From assembly GCA_036339735.1 (NCBI GenBank), contig JAYZAL010000015.1:1-48290 (forward strand): a DNA stretch of 48,290 nt, given 5' to 3'. The translations under genes and the position numbers were made by a program. Under the pieces are notes generated by a model. That model ran no database searches and had not been told where the DNA came from. It saw only the letters and a program-made list of their open reading frames with translations. The stretch is from Candidatus Poribacteria bacterium (lineage in GTDB: Bacteria > Poribacteria > WGA-4E > UBA9662). Shown piece by piece: positions 20,901-29,533 of the stretch (positions are counted from its first letter, which is position 1; each line of letters opens with the position of its first letter).

Positions 20901-21129
20901 TTCACTTTATCAATCTATAAAAAAAACTGATTTAGCAGTAGAGTACGCCCAAAAATCTATTACTAAGAATCCTGATTCTTGGCATGCTAATTACGTGCTT
21001 GCGGAATTGTACTCTGATCAGGCAAAATATGTACAGGCTAAGGAAGCAATAGAACGGGCTATTATTGCTATGCCTGACAATTTGGATTTGCGGCAACTAA
21101 GAGCTGAAATTTTAGAAAAACTGGAATGA
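17911..21129 (+). CDS. Fused MFS-like membrane domain / spermidine-synthase-like SAM domain with C-terminal TPRs
   Basis: Two repeats of 'SG..L.Y(Q/E)V.W.R.L ... GST', 'LVVGFGMGVT', 'DGRNYI', 'QWVP', 'TDNHPHLEF', then TPRs. Start may be GTG 17959. Confidence 0.85.
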   Translation: MVAVGSRNKNIRSYSIVSNHKLLSTSTRRLSLFGVIFFFSGASGLIYQVTWARQLQLIFGSTIFATSAILTTFMAGLALGSYLLGRIVDRLGRPLRIYAVLECGIAIFALLSPFFLDLLKAIYILIYRNLSVNFYSLTVIRLILSFVVLLVPTTLMGGTLPVVSKFVVDQIQKRGRRVGLFYALNTFGAVIGTIATGFFLIRYFGVVETIIFSAFINLLLAVLSFWLDLRWEFSNEAIITAISDLQESVSNEPLKTEGGAKLNHKLLPVLPPAGLLAFGISGFCALSYEVLWTRILVFFLGSTTYAFSTMLAAFLFGIGFGSLVFAWLSDQIDSKNDLQSNLSLFSLMQVGIGLSSIVLLPVFGRLFEINQAFQLLPGTRFWTFIACLIVMLIPTTLMGGCFPVVTRIYTSTKSALGRDVGQVYMVNTVGSILGALIGGYILIPLLGIQRSIGLISLLNIGVGCWIILPIPNYPGSIAQSFKKGLAICGSIVTIVVVILSVGWSVTPLFLKSAIFKIQRPGDDLVAYQEEVDASITTLKDDEGVYRLYVDTNQAADASRWDSPSHRVIAHLPLLLHPNPKKALVVGFGMGVTSHSIIQHGVAVDAVEISQGVIEASQQHFTHVNQNVIEHPLFNYFINDGRNYILMTEEKYDMISTGIIHPLVSAGSSNIYTEDFYRLCKKILTPEGIMCQWVPLHRVPVDHYKMIVRTFLNVFPHTTIWYKYTPDFVILIGTPNKLRINFNDFMSRAQIPSIQAGLHHDDLDGWSLLDSFMMGEEAARSYVGQGLIHTDNHPHLEFFSGQSIVNTTHQNVSTMAPYREKVSSILVNYGSTLEEKKRVRNTLKSYFSATQDLISGHISYAKGELTRAAELMNQAVIGNPRDMTIRYNLGVAIGLVRENAQTEFAELEAEARLAIQENSKDPQNHFQLAVSLEAQGKLDESAQTMEQALKLAPNRIDFYIFLGPLYERLERFDQALRTYKRMESVEADLPAEIFAVIASLYQSIKKTDLAVEYAQKSITKNPDSWHANYVLAELYSDQAKYVQAKEAIERAIIAMPDNLDLRQLRAEILEKLE

Positions 21130-21180
21130 AAGAAACGAGGAGAATTTGGTTCTGCTAACATTGAACCAAACAAGGAAACT

Positions 21181-22941
21181 ATGAAGCGAACACACTACTG
21201 CGGTGACCTTCGTCGCCAGCAAATTGGAGAGGATGTGCAGATCGTCGGCTGGGTTTCCCGTCGGCGGGACCACGGAGGCGTTATTTTTGTAGATCTTCGT
21301 GATAGAACAGGAATTGTTCAGGTTGTTTTTGATCCGATTATTGACAAGGCTGCTCACCAATCTGCTGACCGGCTGAGAAATGAATTCGTCATTGGTGTAA
21401 CTGGTAAAATTCGGGAACGAGGCGAAGGCGCTCAAAATCCAAACTTGGACACAGGTGAAGTTGAACTAGCAACTGAAGAATTGGAGATTTTGAATGTAGC
21501 CGAAACACCAGTTTTTCCCATTGAGGATGAAGTTGATGTTGCAGAGGATGTAAGACTGAAACATCGATACCTAGACTTGCGTCGTCCGAAAATGCAGAAA
21601 ATAATTCAATTGAGGCACAAATCCATGTTGGCTTGTCGCAATTACATGGATGAACAGGGCTTTCTAGAGGTTGAAACTCCAATTCTGATGAATAGTACAC
21701 CTGAAGGGGCCAGGGACGTATTAGTTCCCAGCCGGTTGAATGCTGGTAATTTTTACGCTATGCCTCAGTCTCCCCAGCAATTCAAGCAGATCTTAATGAT
21801 GAGTGGTGTTGATAGATATTTTCAAATCGCTCGTTGTTTCCGTGATGAAGATACCCGTGCAGACCGGCAATTAGAGTTTACCCAAATTGACTTTGAGATG
21901 TCATTTGCTACTGCAGACGATGTAATGACAACTGCTGAAGGGTTAATAAAGCGAATTTTCGAAGAGGCTGGTGGTATTCCGGTTGAGACACCGTTCAAAC
22001 GGATGACCTACGACGAAGCAATGGAGCGGTATGGAAACGATAAACCGGATACTCGTTTCGGTATGGAATTAGCAGACATATCCGATTTAGTGGCTGATTG
22101 CGACTTCAAGGTCTTTTCCAGTGTCTTGAAAAATGATGGCCAGGTAAAAGGTCTAGCTGCTCCCGGAGGAAGTAATTTCACTCGGCGCGAAATCGATAGC
22201 CTAACCGATTTTGTGGCCACCTATAAAGCAAAAGGATTGGCCTGGATCAAAGTCACTCAAGATGGATTCGACTCAAGTATTGTGAAATTTTTCACTACTG
22301 AGCAACTGAAAGCCATATCAGAAAGAATGGGCGCTCAAGCAGGTGATTTAATGCTGTTCGTTGCAGATCAACCTAAAGTGGTCGCTGATGCTTTGGCTAA
22401 TTTGCGACTGCATTTAGGAAAGAAGTTGGATTTAATCGATGAAAGCCGGTTTGACATGTTGTGGATGATTGATTTTCCTTTATTTGAATGGGACGAGGAT
22501 GATAAACGTTACCAGCCGGCCCACCATCTGTTTACCTCCCCAACTGCGGATACTATTGACCTGATTAGTGAAAACCCAGGACAGGTAAAAGCTCAACATT
22601 ACGATATGGTTATCAACGGAAACGAAGTTGCTAGTGGTAGCGTACGGATCCATCAATGGGCTGTTCAACAACAAATTTTAGAAGTATTAAACTTGGCACC
22701 AGAAGATATTAAAACCCGGTTTGGTTATTTTATCGAAGCCTTACAATATGGTACTCCACCCCATGCTGGTATTGCTCCCGGGTTAGACCGATTGGTTATG
22801 TTAATGTTGGGTGAAGACAATATCCGCGAAGTAATAGCTTTTCCAAAAACCCAGAGAGGTGCATGTTTAATGACTGGTGCGCCCTCTGTAGTTTCAAAAG
22901 CACAATTAGAAGAATTATCGATACGTATAGACGACGTTTAA
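21181..22941 (+). CDS. aspS: Aspartate--tRNA ligase (probably non-discriminating)
   Basis: 'RRRDHGGVIFVDLRDR', 'STPEGARD', 'PQSPQ', 'RCFRDED', 'YGTPPHAGIAPGLDR'. Confidence 0.97.
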   Translation: MKRTHYCGDLRRQQIGEDVQIVGWVSRRRDHGGVIFVDLRDRTGIVQVVFDPIIDKAAHQSADRLRNEFVIGVTGKIRERGEGAQNPNLDTGEVELATEELEILNVAETPVFPIEDEVDVAEDVRLKHRYLDLRRPKMQKIIQLRHKSMLACRNYMDEQGFLEVETPILMNSTPEGARDVLVPSRLNAGNFYAMPQSPQQFKQILMMSGVDRYFQIARCFRDEDTRADRQLEFTQIDFEMSFATADDVMTTAEGLIKRIFEEAGGIPVETPFKRMTYDEAMERYGNDKPDTRFGMELADISDLVADCDFKVFSSVLKNDGQVKGLAAPGGSNFTRREIDSLTDFVATYKAKGLAWIKVTQDGFDSSIVKFFTTEQLKAISERMGAQAGDLMLFVADQPKVVADALANLRLHLGKKLDLIDESRFDMLWMIDFPLFEWDEDDKRYQPAHHLFTSPTADTIDLISENPGQVKAQHYDMVINGNEVASGSVRIHQWAVQQQILEVLNLAPEDIKTRFGYFIEALQYGTPPHAGIAPGLDRLVMLMLGEDNIREVIAFPKTQRGACLMTGAPSVVSKAQLEELSIRIDDV

Positions 22942-22963
22942 TCTTTTGCTAGAGGAGAATTAG

Positions 22964-24178
22964 ATGAGCGATATTAAGTACGAAATTTTAGCCGAAGACT
23001 TGGAGAAGCAAGGTGTTGATGTTTCAAAAACGAAAGAATTATTAAAACAGCAACACATCGAGACTCCTTCATGGGGCTATGGTAATTCAGGAACTCGTTT
23101 TGGCGTTTTTTATCAAGAAGGAGCAGCTCGAAATGCTACAGAACGCTTGGAAGACGCTGCGACAGTTCACAAATATACTGGTGTGTCACCCACCGTTGCT
23201 CTACATATACCATGGGATATAACAGATGATTGGGAAGGTCTGAAGCAACAGGCATCTGACTTAGGGATTGGTATTGGGGCTATTAATCCTAACGTTTTTC
23301 AAGACCAAGAATACAAGCTAGGATCTGTCTGTAGCCCAGAAGAAAGTATTCGTCAAAAGGCGCTTAATCATTTGTTAGAATGCGTTGACATTATGAAAGC
23401 CACTGATTCTCAGGATCTTAGTCTTTGGTTCGCTGATGGCACCAATTTTCCGGGACAAGCCAACTTCCGTCAACGTAAGAAGTGGATGTATGATGCTCTA
23501 GACTCGGTATATCAAGCCTTAGCACCTGACCAACGAATGCTTATCGAGTATAAATTTTTCGAGCCATCTTTCTATCATACGGATTTAGCAGATTGGGGGA
23601 CAGCTTATTTACTTGCTGCTAAACTGGGACATCAGGCTCAAGTACTGATTGACTTGGGGCACCACCCACAAGGTACCAATATCGAATTCATTGTTGCCTA
23701 TCTGATAGACGAAGGTAAACTAGGAGGATTTCACTTTAATTGTCGTAAATATGCCGATGACGATCTTACTGTAGGCTCGGTCAACCCACAAGAGTTGTTC
23801 CTGATTTATCACGAGTTGGTAACAGCTGAGCTCGATCCCAACACCGAAACTAACATTGCCTACATGATTGACCAGAGCCACAACCTGAAGCCAAAAGTTG
23901 AAGCTAGTATTCAGTCAGTGTGCAATTTGCAAACCGCCTACGCCAAAGCGCTCATTATTGATAGGGTGCAACTAGCTGACGCTCAAAATGCTAGTCAAAT
24001 CATCGATGCAGAACGGATATTGCAACGAGCAGCAGAAACAGATGTTCGACCACTATTAGAACGTGTTCGAATCGAAATGGGAATCGACCCTGAACCACTG
24101 ACAGCCTACCGAAAAAGTGGCTACTACGAGCAAATTTGTCAGGCTCGTGTTGGTGGTGGTGGACAAGGGTGGGCATGA
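22964..24178 (+). CDS. rhaI: L-rhamnose isomerase (RhaI type)
   Basis: '[14 protein letters not shown]', 'LHIPWD', '[11 protein letters not shown]', 'EYKFFEP', 'DLGHH', 'DQSHN'. Confidence 0.88.
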   Translation: MSDIKYEILAEDLEKQGVDVSKTKELLKQQHIETPSWGYGNSGTRFGVFYQEGAARNATERLEDAATVHKYTGVSPTVALHIPWDITDDWEGLKQQASDLGIGIGAINPNVFQDQEYKLGSVCSPEESIRQKALNHLLECVDIMKATDSQDLSLWFADGTNFPGQANFRQRKKWMYDALDSVYQALAPDQRMLIEYKFFEPSFYHTDLADWGTAYLLAAKLGHQAQVLIDLGHHPQGTNIEFIVAYLIDEGKLGGFHFNCRKYADDDLTVGSVNPQELFLIYHELVTAELDPNTETNIAYMIDQSHNLKPKVEASIQSVCNLQTAYAKALIIDRVQLADAQNASQIIDAERILQRAAETDVRPLLERVRIEMGIDPEPLTAYRKSGYYEQICQARVGGGGQGWA

Positions 24179-24226
24179 ATTAGGCCATAAAAGAAATACG
24201 CTTTAAAATTAGGAGACACCTCAGCT

Positions 24227-24847
24227 ATGAATAACCAAATGCCAAAAAATGCAATACAAGTTTTCAATAATCGGGATGTCAGCAATTGGACACAAAGAGA
24301 TGGACAGGCGGCCAATTGGATTGTTGAAAACAGTGTTATGTCGGTTAATAAGGGCGACATTATGACGCAGGATAGATTCACTGATTTCATCCTGCATCTT
24401 GAGTTTATGACTCCTCACATGCCAGATGCCACGGGACAGGCTCGTGGTAATAGTGGTGTTTTCTTGCAAGGCAGATACGAAATTCAAGTCTTAGACTCTT
24501 ACGGAATTGAAAATCCAGGTAAGGGGGATTGTGGATCAATTTACAACCAATTTGCTCCGTTGACTAACGCTTGTTATCCACCCTTAGAATGGCAAACATA
24601 CGATGTCTATTTCCGAGCGGCTCGAGTAAAAAATAAAGGAGAAGTTGTAGATCGAACCCGATTAACTGTACTTCAAAACAATGTTGTGATTCACAATAAT
24701 ATTGAACTGCCAGGTGTAACTGGGGCTGCTATCGACGAACAGGTTGGAGAGCCAGGGCCACTACTACTCCAAGATCATGGAGATGATGTTAAGTATCGAA
24801 ACATCTGGATACTACCATTACCTTCAAGCGGTTCGGACCAGTATTAA
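24227..24847 (+). CDS. DUF1080 (3-keto-disaccharide hydrolase-like) protein
   Basis: 'DFILHLEF', 'GNSGVFLQGRYEIQVLDSYG', 'LLLQDHG .. VKYRNIW'. Confidence 0.9.
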   Translation: MNNQMPKNAIQVFNNRDVSNWTQRDGQAANWIVENSVMSVNKGDIMTQDRFTDFILHLEFMTPHMPDATGQARGNSGVFLQGRYEIQVLDSYGIENPGKGDCGSIYNQFAPLTNACYPPLEWQTYDVYFRAARVKNKGEVVDRTRLTVLQNNVVIHNNIELPGVTGAAIDEQVGEPGPLLLQDHGDDVKYRNIWILPLPSSGSDQY

Positions 24848-24852
24848 AATAA

Positions 24853-24884
24853 GTGGCGGTTTCAGTACTCACCAAAACCGCCAC
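24853..24884. terminator. Hairpin between convergent DUF1080 and AKR genes
   Basis: 10-bp inverted repeat gtggcggttt/aaaccgccac with a 12-nt loop. It overlaps the AKR 3' end and has only weak U-tracts. Confidence 0.45.
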
Positions 24885-25791
24885 CAAGTTGGATGCCAAA
24901 TTCGGATTCCAGTTCTAGCCAAATTGAACTAGGCACTTGACTTGTGGCCGCTTGATATGCTGATTCCACATGTTTGACACTAGATGGTCCAAACATGACA
25001 ATACCATCAATTGGTGCATGAAGGCAGAATTGCATAGCCAAGCTACGTATATCAATCTTTCGTTTTTGGCACCATTGCCAAAGTTGGTGGGCAGTCGGCC
25101 GTTGATTGGGGTTTTTCCTTTGGTCTTCCTCCTTGTCGGGTTCAATTCCTGTCAATAATCCCATTCCAAAAACACTGGCAAGGATGATGCCTACATTGTG
25201 CTGTCTGGCCAGTGGAAGCGTGGTTTTAGCTACTGATTGGTTTAACAAAGTATAATCCAAAAAAGTCAAGATAATATCCACTTGACCAGTTTCAATCGCT
25301 TGACGATGAAAGTCATGAGAACGCACACCCAAGCCAATGCTACCGATTTGACCAGCTTCCTTCATTCGAATTAGCTCATCTAACGCTCGATTGGGGCCAA
25401 TAGCATCTTCAATCCTAATAGGATCGTGAATCAAGACTGCGTCTAGATAGTCAGTCTCAAGACTTCTTAAACTTTGTTCAATGCTCCAACGCGTAGCTTC
25501 CACTGAAAAGTCTTTGGGCTTTTGTGGATGTGTACCCACTTTGGCTTGTAGGTAGACCCGATCTCTCAGGCCCTTTCTCAAGGCTTGGCCCCATCTTTCT
25601 TCACTATGACCAGGGTAAGTATCAATGTAGTTTATCCCTAATTCGATTGCTCGATGAATAGTTGAAACGGTTTCATCTAAAGGGCCAGCATGCAACCAAG
25701 CTGCGCCCAACCCGAGTATGGAAGGATTCATCCCCGTTCGGCCCATTCGCCGAATGGGTAAATCTCCTTTAAGCCGTTTTGAGTTGCTCAA
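24862..25791 (-). CDS. Aldo/keto reductase
   Basis: 'RRMGRTG', 'LGINYIDT', 'AKVG', 'SLRSLETDYLD .. LIHDP'. Confidence 0.88.
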   Translation of the reverse strand: MSNSKRLKGDLPIRRMGRTGMNPSILGLGAAWLHAGPLDETVSTIHRAIELGINYIDTYPGHSEERWGQALRKGLRDRVYLQAKVGTHPQKPKDFSVEATRWSIEQSLRSLETDYLDAVLIHDPIRIEDAIGPNRALDELIRMKEAGQIGSIGLGVRSHDFHRQAIETGQVDIILTFLDYTLLNQSVAKTTLPLARQHNVGIILASVFGMGLLTGIEPDKEEDQRKNPNQRPTAHQLWQWCQKRKIDIRSLAMQFCLHAPIDGIVMFGPSSVKHVESAYQAATSQVPSSIWLELESEFGIQLGGGFGEY

Positions 25792-26560
25792 CTGTCAGTG
25801 CCCCCTCACCAAAAATACGAGGATACATGCCTCCGCTACGAGTTTTTGTGTCGCCGTGCATGTAGCAGATGCTGAATGCTCTCCGAGGGGTTTCGGTTTG
25901 GTTAATACCTGAACTATGTAGCGTCCAGTTATGCAAAAGGACAACCTCACCTGCTGCTAGCTCTAAGGGTAGTGGGTCTGCTTGGCTGACAATTTCCTCA
26001 ATATGAGCTTCTGTCAAAAAACCAGAACCATGGGATGGATTGACCAATTGTCGGTGTGAGTGCGGAATAATATGAACACAACCATTCTCAATAGATGCTG
26101 GATCCAGAGCAGTGTAAATAGTAATTTGCGGATCTCGGTCCAGATTACTCCAACGATCTTGATGCCAGACTAAGTAGGTACCTTCCTGAGCAGGCTTATT
26201 CATAAACATAGCTCTAAAACAGCTAATTGGAGCATCATCTCCGTAGGTTCGTCGACAGACTTCCTCAAAAACGGGGTTAATCATGTAGTTCAAAAAAATA
26301 GGGTCGTATTCCAGTTGTTGAATTTTTCGATACAGTAGCGTTGCACCCTTATGCCCGTGGCTTTGTGGTCCAGGCTGATTAGTACCAGGTTCTCTGTCTA
26401 ACTGCATCATGATTTGTTCGTAGTCAATTGGAGCGACTCCCAGCATAATATCATCGATTCGCTGTTGCATATCGGCTAGTTGCTTATTCGTGGCAATCTG
26501 ACCTAACCGAACGTATCCTTGCTGGTCAAAATCCTCCCATTGTTTGGGGCTAATGTACAT
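25769..26560 (-). CDS. Phytanoyl-CoA dioxygenase (PhyH) family Fe(II)/2OG oxygenase
   Basis: 'WHQD', 'ENGCVHIIPHSH', 'LHSSGINQT..PRRA'. ATG 26560 is preceded by GGAGG. Confidence 0.9.
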   Translation of the reverse strand: MYISPKQWEDFDQQGYVRLGQIATNKQLADMQQRIDDIMLGVAPIDYEQIMMQLDREPGTNQPGPQSHGHKGATLLYRKIQQLEYDPIFLNYMINPVFEEVCRRTYGDDAPISCFRAMFMNKPAQEGTYLVWHQDRWSNLDRDPQITIYTALDPASIENGCVHIIPHSHRQLVNPSHGSGFLTEAHIEEIVSQADPLPLELAAGEVVLLHNWTLHSSGINQTETPRRAFSICYMHGDTKTRSGGMYPRIFGEGALTVEQLKTA

Positions 26561-26698
26561 CAAATATTCCTCCAAGGGTTAGATTGTTCTTAACTATCAA
26601 CGGCTAGTCTGACATCGAAATTTTTCTGAACGAACGGCCCCCCGTTCTTGTTATACTTATATCCACTGACTGCATAAATCTAACACCAATTAGGCGTC

Positions 26699-26727
26699 TT
26701 GACAATGACTTGACTGAGAACTATACT
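26699..26727 (+). promoter_or_regulatory. Near-consensus sigma70 promoter
   Basis: TTGACA-17-TATACT. Confidence 0.7.
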
Positions 26728-26915
26728 GACAGGTAAATTCGTCTCAAGAGGATAAGTAGGTATTAGCATGTACTGAAGAATTTCTGGCCAGACTCTTACT
26801 ATAAAAGTCTCGATGGAAAAAGACGAAACTCCGCCATGCGTTGAATGAAACTTAGATGTATCGGCCCCGACGTTTTTGGGAGTATAATCAATTAATATTC
26901 AAGTGTTTATAATAC

Positions 26916-27017
26916 AAAAAACTGGCGGTCATCAGTCAAAGTACTGGGCAATGTAGGATAATGTATCGCCGACACCCAACAATTAACTGATGGTTTACGA
27001 AAACTAGCCTAGACTAC
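26916..27017 (-). ncRNA. Candidate ~100-nt hairpin sRNA (unknown family)
   Basis: Lies downstream of a minus-strand promoter. 10-bp stem CAUCAGUUAA/UUGACUGAUG, an inner UGGG/CCCA stem, and a U6 run at the 3' end. Confidence 0.35.
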
Positions 27018-27022
27018 CCTTC

Positions 27023-27051
27023 ATTTTAAACCTTCAGGTTTTCTAGGTCAA
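27023..27051 (-). promoter_or_regulatory. Sigma70-like promoter pointing into the intergenic region
   Basis: Minus strand TTGACC-17-TAAAAT. Confidence 0.55.
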
Positions 27052-27191
27052 GACATACATTAAAACAAGAAATATGTACTGAATAACTCGTCAAACAAAA
27101 TAAAAATAGAATTATTGTTAACACCGTGCAAAAACTGATTCGTCTTCAACAAATTATCAACTATTTATCGACAAAAAGAAGAACCTGAGTT

Positions 27192-27776
27192 TTGAATGAC
27201 CTAGACATAACAGATCAGCGAGAAACCAATTCACCGCCTGATAGGCGTCCAACTAATATTGGATGGAAAGTTTTTTGGCGACGAGCTTTTGCTTTTTTAA
27301 TTGACGGATCGCTCATGTCGATCTTCACTATTCTTGCTTTAATTGCAACTGGGGTCCTACACAAAATAATGGGAAGTGACCTCACAGGATTTTTACAAAA
27401 TCTAGACGAACTCATGCCTGAGGAAAGGGTAGCTCTAATGCAAAAAAAGATAAACGAATTAGCCTTCGAAGAAAAACTAATCTTGAATTATTGTTATGGA
27501 ATTTTAAGTTGGCTTTATTTTAGCTTTTTAGAGAGTTCAGAAAGTCAGGCTACTTTGGGTAAACGTTTAATGAACCTGAAGGTTACCGACCTAGATGGTC
27601 GACCTATTAACCTAGTGCGAGCTTCTGTCCGACATTTTGCCAAAATAGTTTCTTCATTTCTGCTTTTTATTGGCTATTTGCTGGCATTATTCAACAAACG
27701 CCACCAAACATTTCACGATATGATCAGTGGTTGCCTAGTTGAACTCGATAGTGAAGAAACTCAATCCTTAAACTAG
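27192..27776 (+). CDS. RDD family membrane protein
   Basis: 'FWRRAFAFLID', 'QATLGKRLMNLKVTD', 'QTFHDMISG'. Confidence 0.9.
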   Translation: MNDLDITDQRETNSPPDRRPTNIGWKVFWRRAFAFLIDGSLMSIFTILALIATGVLHKIMGSDLTGFLQNLDELMPEERVALMQKKINELAFEEKLILNYCYGILSWLYFSFLESSESQATLGKRLMNLKVTDLDGRPINLVRASVRHFAKIVSSFLLFIGYLLALFNKRHQTFHDMISGCLVELDSEETQSLN

Positions 27777-27798
27777 TCCCACAGGAGTAAAATCAGAA

Positions 27799-28920
27799 AT
27801 GAAAATTGAAAGTATTCAGTCGTACTTAGTTGCTAACGGCTATATTGTGCAAATTCGGACCGACACTGGAATAACGGGATTAGGACAGACAGCTTACTGG
27901 GGTTACCCAGAGGCAATAGAAGCTATAGTCAAACGATTTGAAAATTACCTGATCGGTCAAAATCCACTTCGAATTGAACATCATTGGCAGTACCTATACC
28001 GTATGAGTCCATTCAAAGGAAATGCTTTGTCAGGTGCTATTAGTGCGATTGATATTGCGCTCTGGGATATTAAAGGGAAACACCTCGATGTTCCAGTTTG
28101 GGAACTTCTTGGCGGTAATTGTAGGGATAAAATCAGACTACATTTACTAGCTGATCAACCTAACCCAGAAGCTATGTACCAAGCAGCCAAGTCAGCAGTG
28201 AGTGAAGGGTTCACCGCCATTAAATTTGACCCTCTAGTGGATGGTTTTCAAAATATGACACAGGATCAGATGATTAGGTCCGTACGAGACATCGTTGCTG
28301 CGGCTCGTTCAGGTGGTGGTTCCGGTCTAGATTTGATTGCTGAAGTACATCGAAAACTAAGTCCGATGAACAGCATTGCATTAGCCGAACATTTAGCAGA
28401 ATTTAACTTGTACTTTATTGAAGATCCTATTCAAATTGACAGTATTACTACGCAAGGTGAAATGGCGAAACGGATCAATATCCCGATCGGTAATGGTGAA
28501 CGATTAACGACTATCTGGGAATTTCGTGAATTGCTTCACTTTGGCGGTCCACAATATGTTCGTCCTGATGTGGCTTTAGCTGGTGGGCTTACACATTGCA
28601 AGAAAATTGCTGCTATTGCAGAGTCTTACCATAGTGCAGTGGTAACTCACAACTTCTTGGGACCACTGATTACTGCGGCGTCGATTCACCTTGATACCAG
28701 TATTCCGAATTTTATCACTCAAGAATATACCAAAGACGACGAATCTGAACAGTATGATTTTTTTACTACTTGCTACAAAAGAGAAGGCGGTTATATTCCA
28801 ATTCCCACCGCTTCTGGCTTAGGGGTGGAATTGGATGCTAGCCGACTACCTCCGTTTGAGTCGATGAATACTGCGGAAACTTTACTACGTGAAGATGGAT
28901 CGGTTGCTTATTCAGTCTGA
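27799..28920 (+). CDS. Mandelate racemase/enolase-superfamily acid-sugar dehydratase (DgoD-like)
   Basis: 'SAIDIALWDIKGK', 'LLGGNCRDKIR', 'FIEDP', 'GERL', 'THN', 'QEY'. Confidence 0.88.
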   Translation: MKIESIQSYLVANGYIVQIRTDTGITGLGQTAYWGYPEAIEAIVKRFENYLIGQNPLRIEHHWQYLYRMSPFKGNALSGAISAIDIALWDIKGKHLDVPVWELLGGNCRDKIRLHLLADQPNPEAMYQAAKSAVSEGFTAIKFDPLVDGFQNMTQDQMIRSVRDIVAAARSGGGSGLDLIAEVHRKLSPMNSIALAEHLAEFNLYFIEDPIQIDSITTQGEMAKRINIPIGNGERLTTIWEFRELLHFGGPQYVRPDVALAGGLTHCKKIAAIAESYHSAVVTHNFLGPLITAASIHLDTSIPNFITQEYTKDDESEQYDFFTTCYKREGGYIPIPTASGLGVELDASRLPPFESMNTAETLLREDGSVAYSV

Positions 28921-29006
28921 TTTAACGTAAGTAGATTGTTAACCAAATTTTGGTATGTTACTCTTAATCTCCTTGGATTGCCTACCAAATCATATGAAAG
29001 GAAGAG

Positions 29007-29504
29007 TTGGTCAAAATGAAGCAACAAAGATATTTTTCTAAGATGTACCTAGCAAAGAAACTGTGTCTGTTAGCGGTATTTTTTTTGGCGGTGGTACCGA
29101 CAATTCTGGCTCAACCTAAGCGAGCAACAGTTCATGAGTTAAAAAAAATAATGGACAAACAGGAAAATTTCCTAATCGTCGATGTACGGGGCCTGAAGTC
29201 GTATGAGAAAAGCCATTTGCCTGGTGCAATATCTTTACCTATCCGTGAACTGGTCGATCGCCATCGTGAGCTACCAAGAAATGAGGTTATTGTTTTTTAT
29301 TGTAGCTGACCCGCTGAAAACTCAAGTGTCCGGGCGACACAGATTTTATTGCAGAACGACTTTGGGTTTCAGCCACAGTTACTCCAGGTTCTTAAGGGTG
29401 GTATCTCCGCTTGGCGAGATGCAGGTTTCACGCTGGAAAGTGGCTTAGCCGTTGAGTTCAAGAATAAGAAATTAGCGTTATGGGCCAAGTTAAAGTACAG
29501 GTAG
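29007..29504 (+). CDS. Exported rhodanese-domain selenoprotein (Sec at TGA 29307-29309, CxU motif)
   Basis: Rhodanese N-half 'IVDVR ... HLPGAISLP ... IVFYCS', then TGA, then an in-frame C-half 'PAENSSVRA ... VLKGGISAWRDAGF' to TAG 29502-29504. A SECIS-like hairpin follows the TGA. Start could be TTG 29007, ATG 29016 or ATG 29043. Confidence 0.85.
29317..29347 (+). promoter_or_regulatory. Bacterial SECIS-like stem-loop
   Basis: GUGUC(29326-30)-loop CGGGC-GACAC(29336-40), extendable by CU/AG and AAAA/UUUU. The apical loop starts 21 nt after the UGA, with G at loop position 2. Confidence 0.65.
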
Positions 29505-29533
29505 ATAATAATTTAAGTCAGGATTACGTATAG

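Noticed and set aside
26772-26830. CTGAAGA ... CGAAAC resembling a hammerhead ribozyme core
   Set aside because: Stem II does not close correctly and I could not find stems I and III.
26768-26956. Short frame with two in-frame TGAs, one giving 'CVE-TGA' (CxxU-like)
   Set aside because: No recognisable fold, only a weak downstream hairpin, and overlap with predicted promoter and RNA elements. Probably chance.
29203-29448. 81-aa plus-strand ORF overlapping the rhodanese, suggesting a frameshifted pseudogene
   Set aside because: The rhodanese C-terminal motifs lie in the original frame after the TGA, not in this frame. No frameshift is needed.
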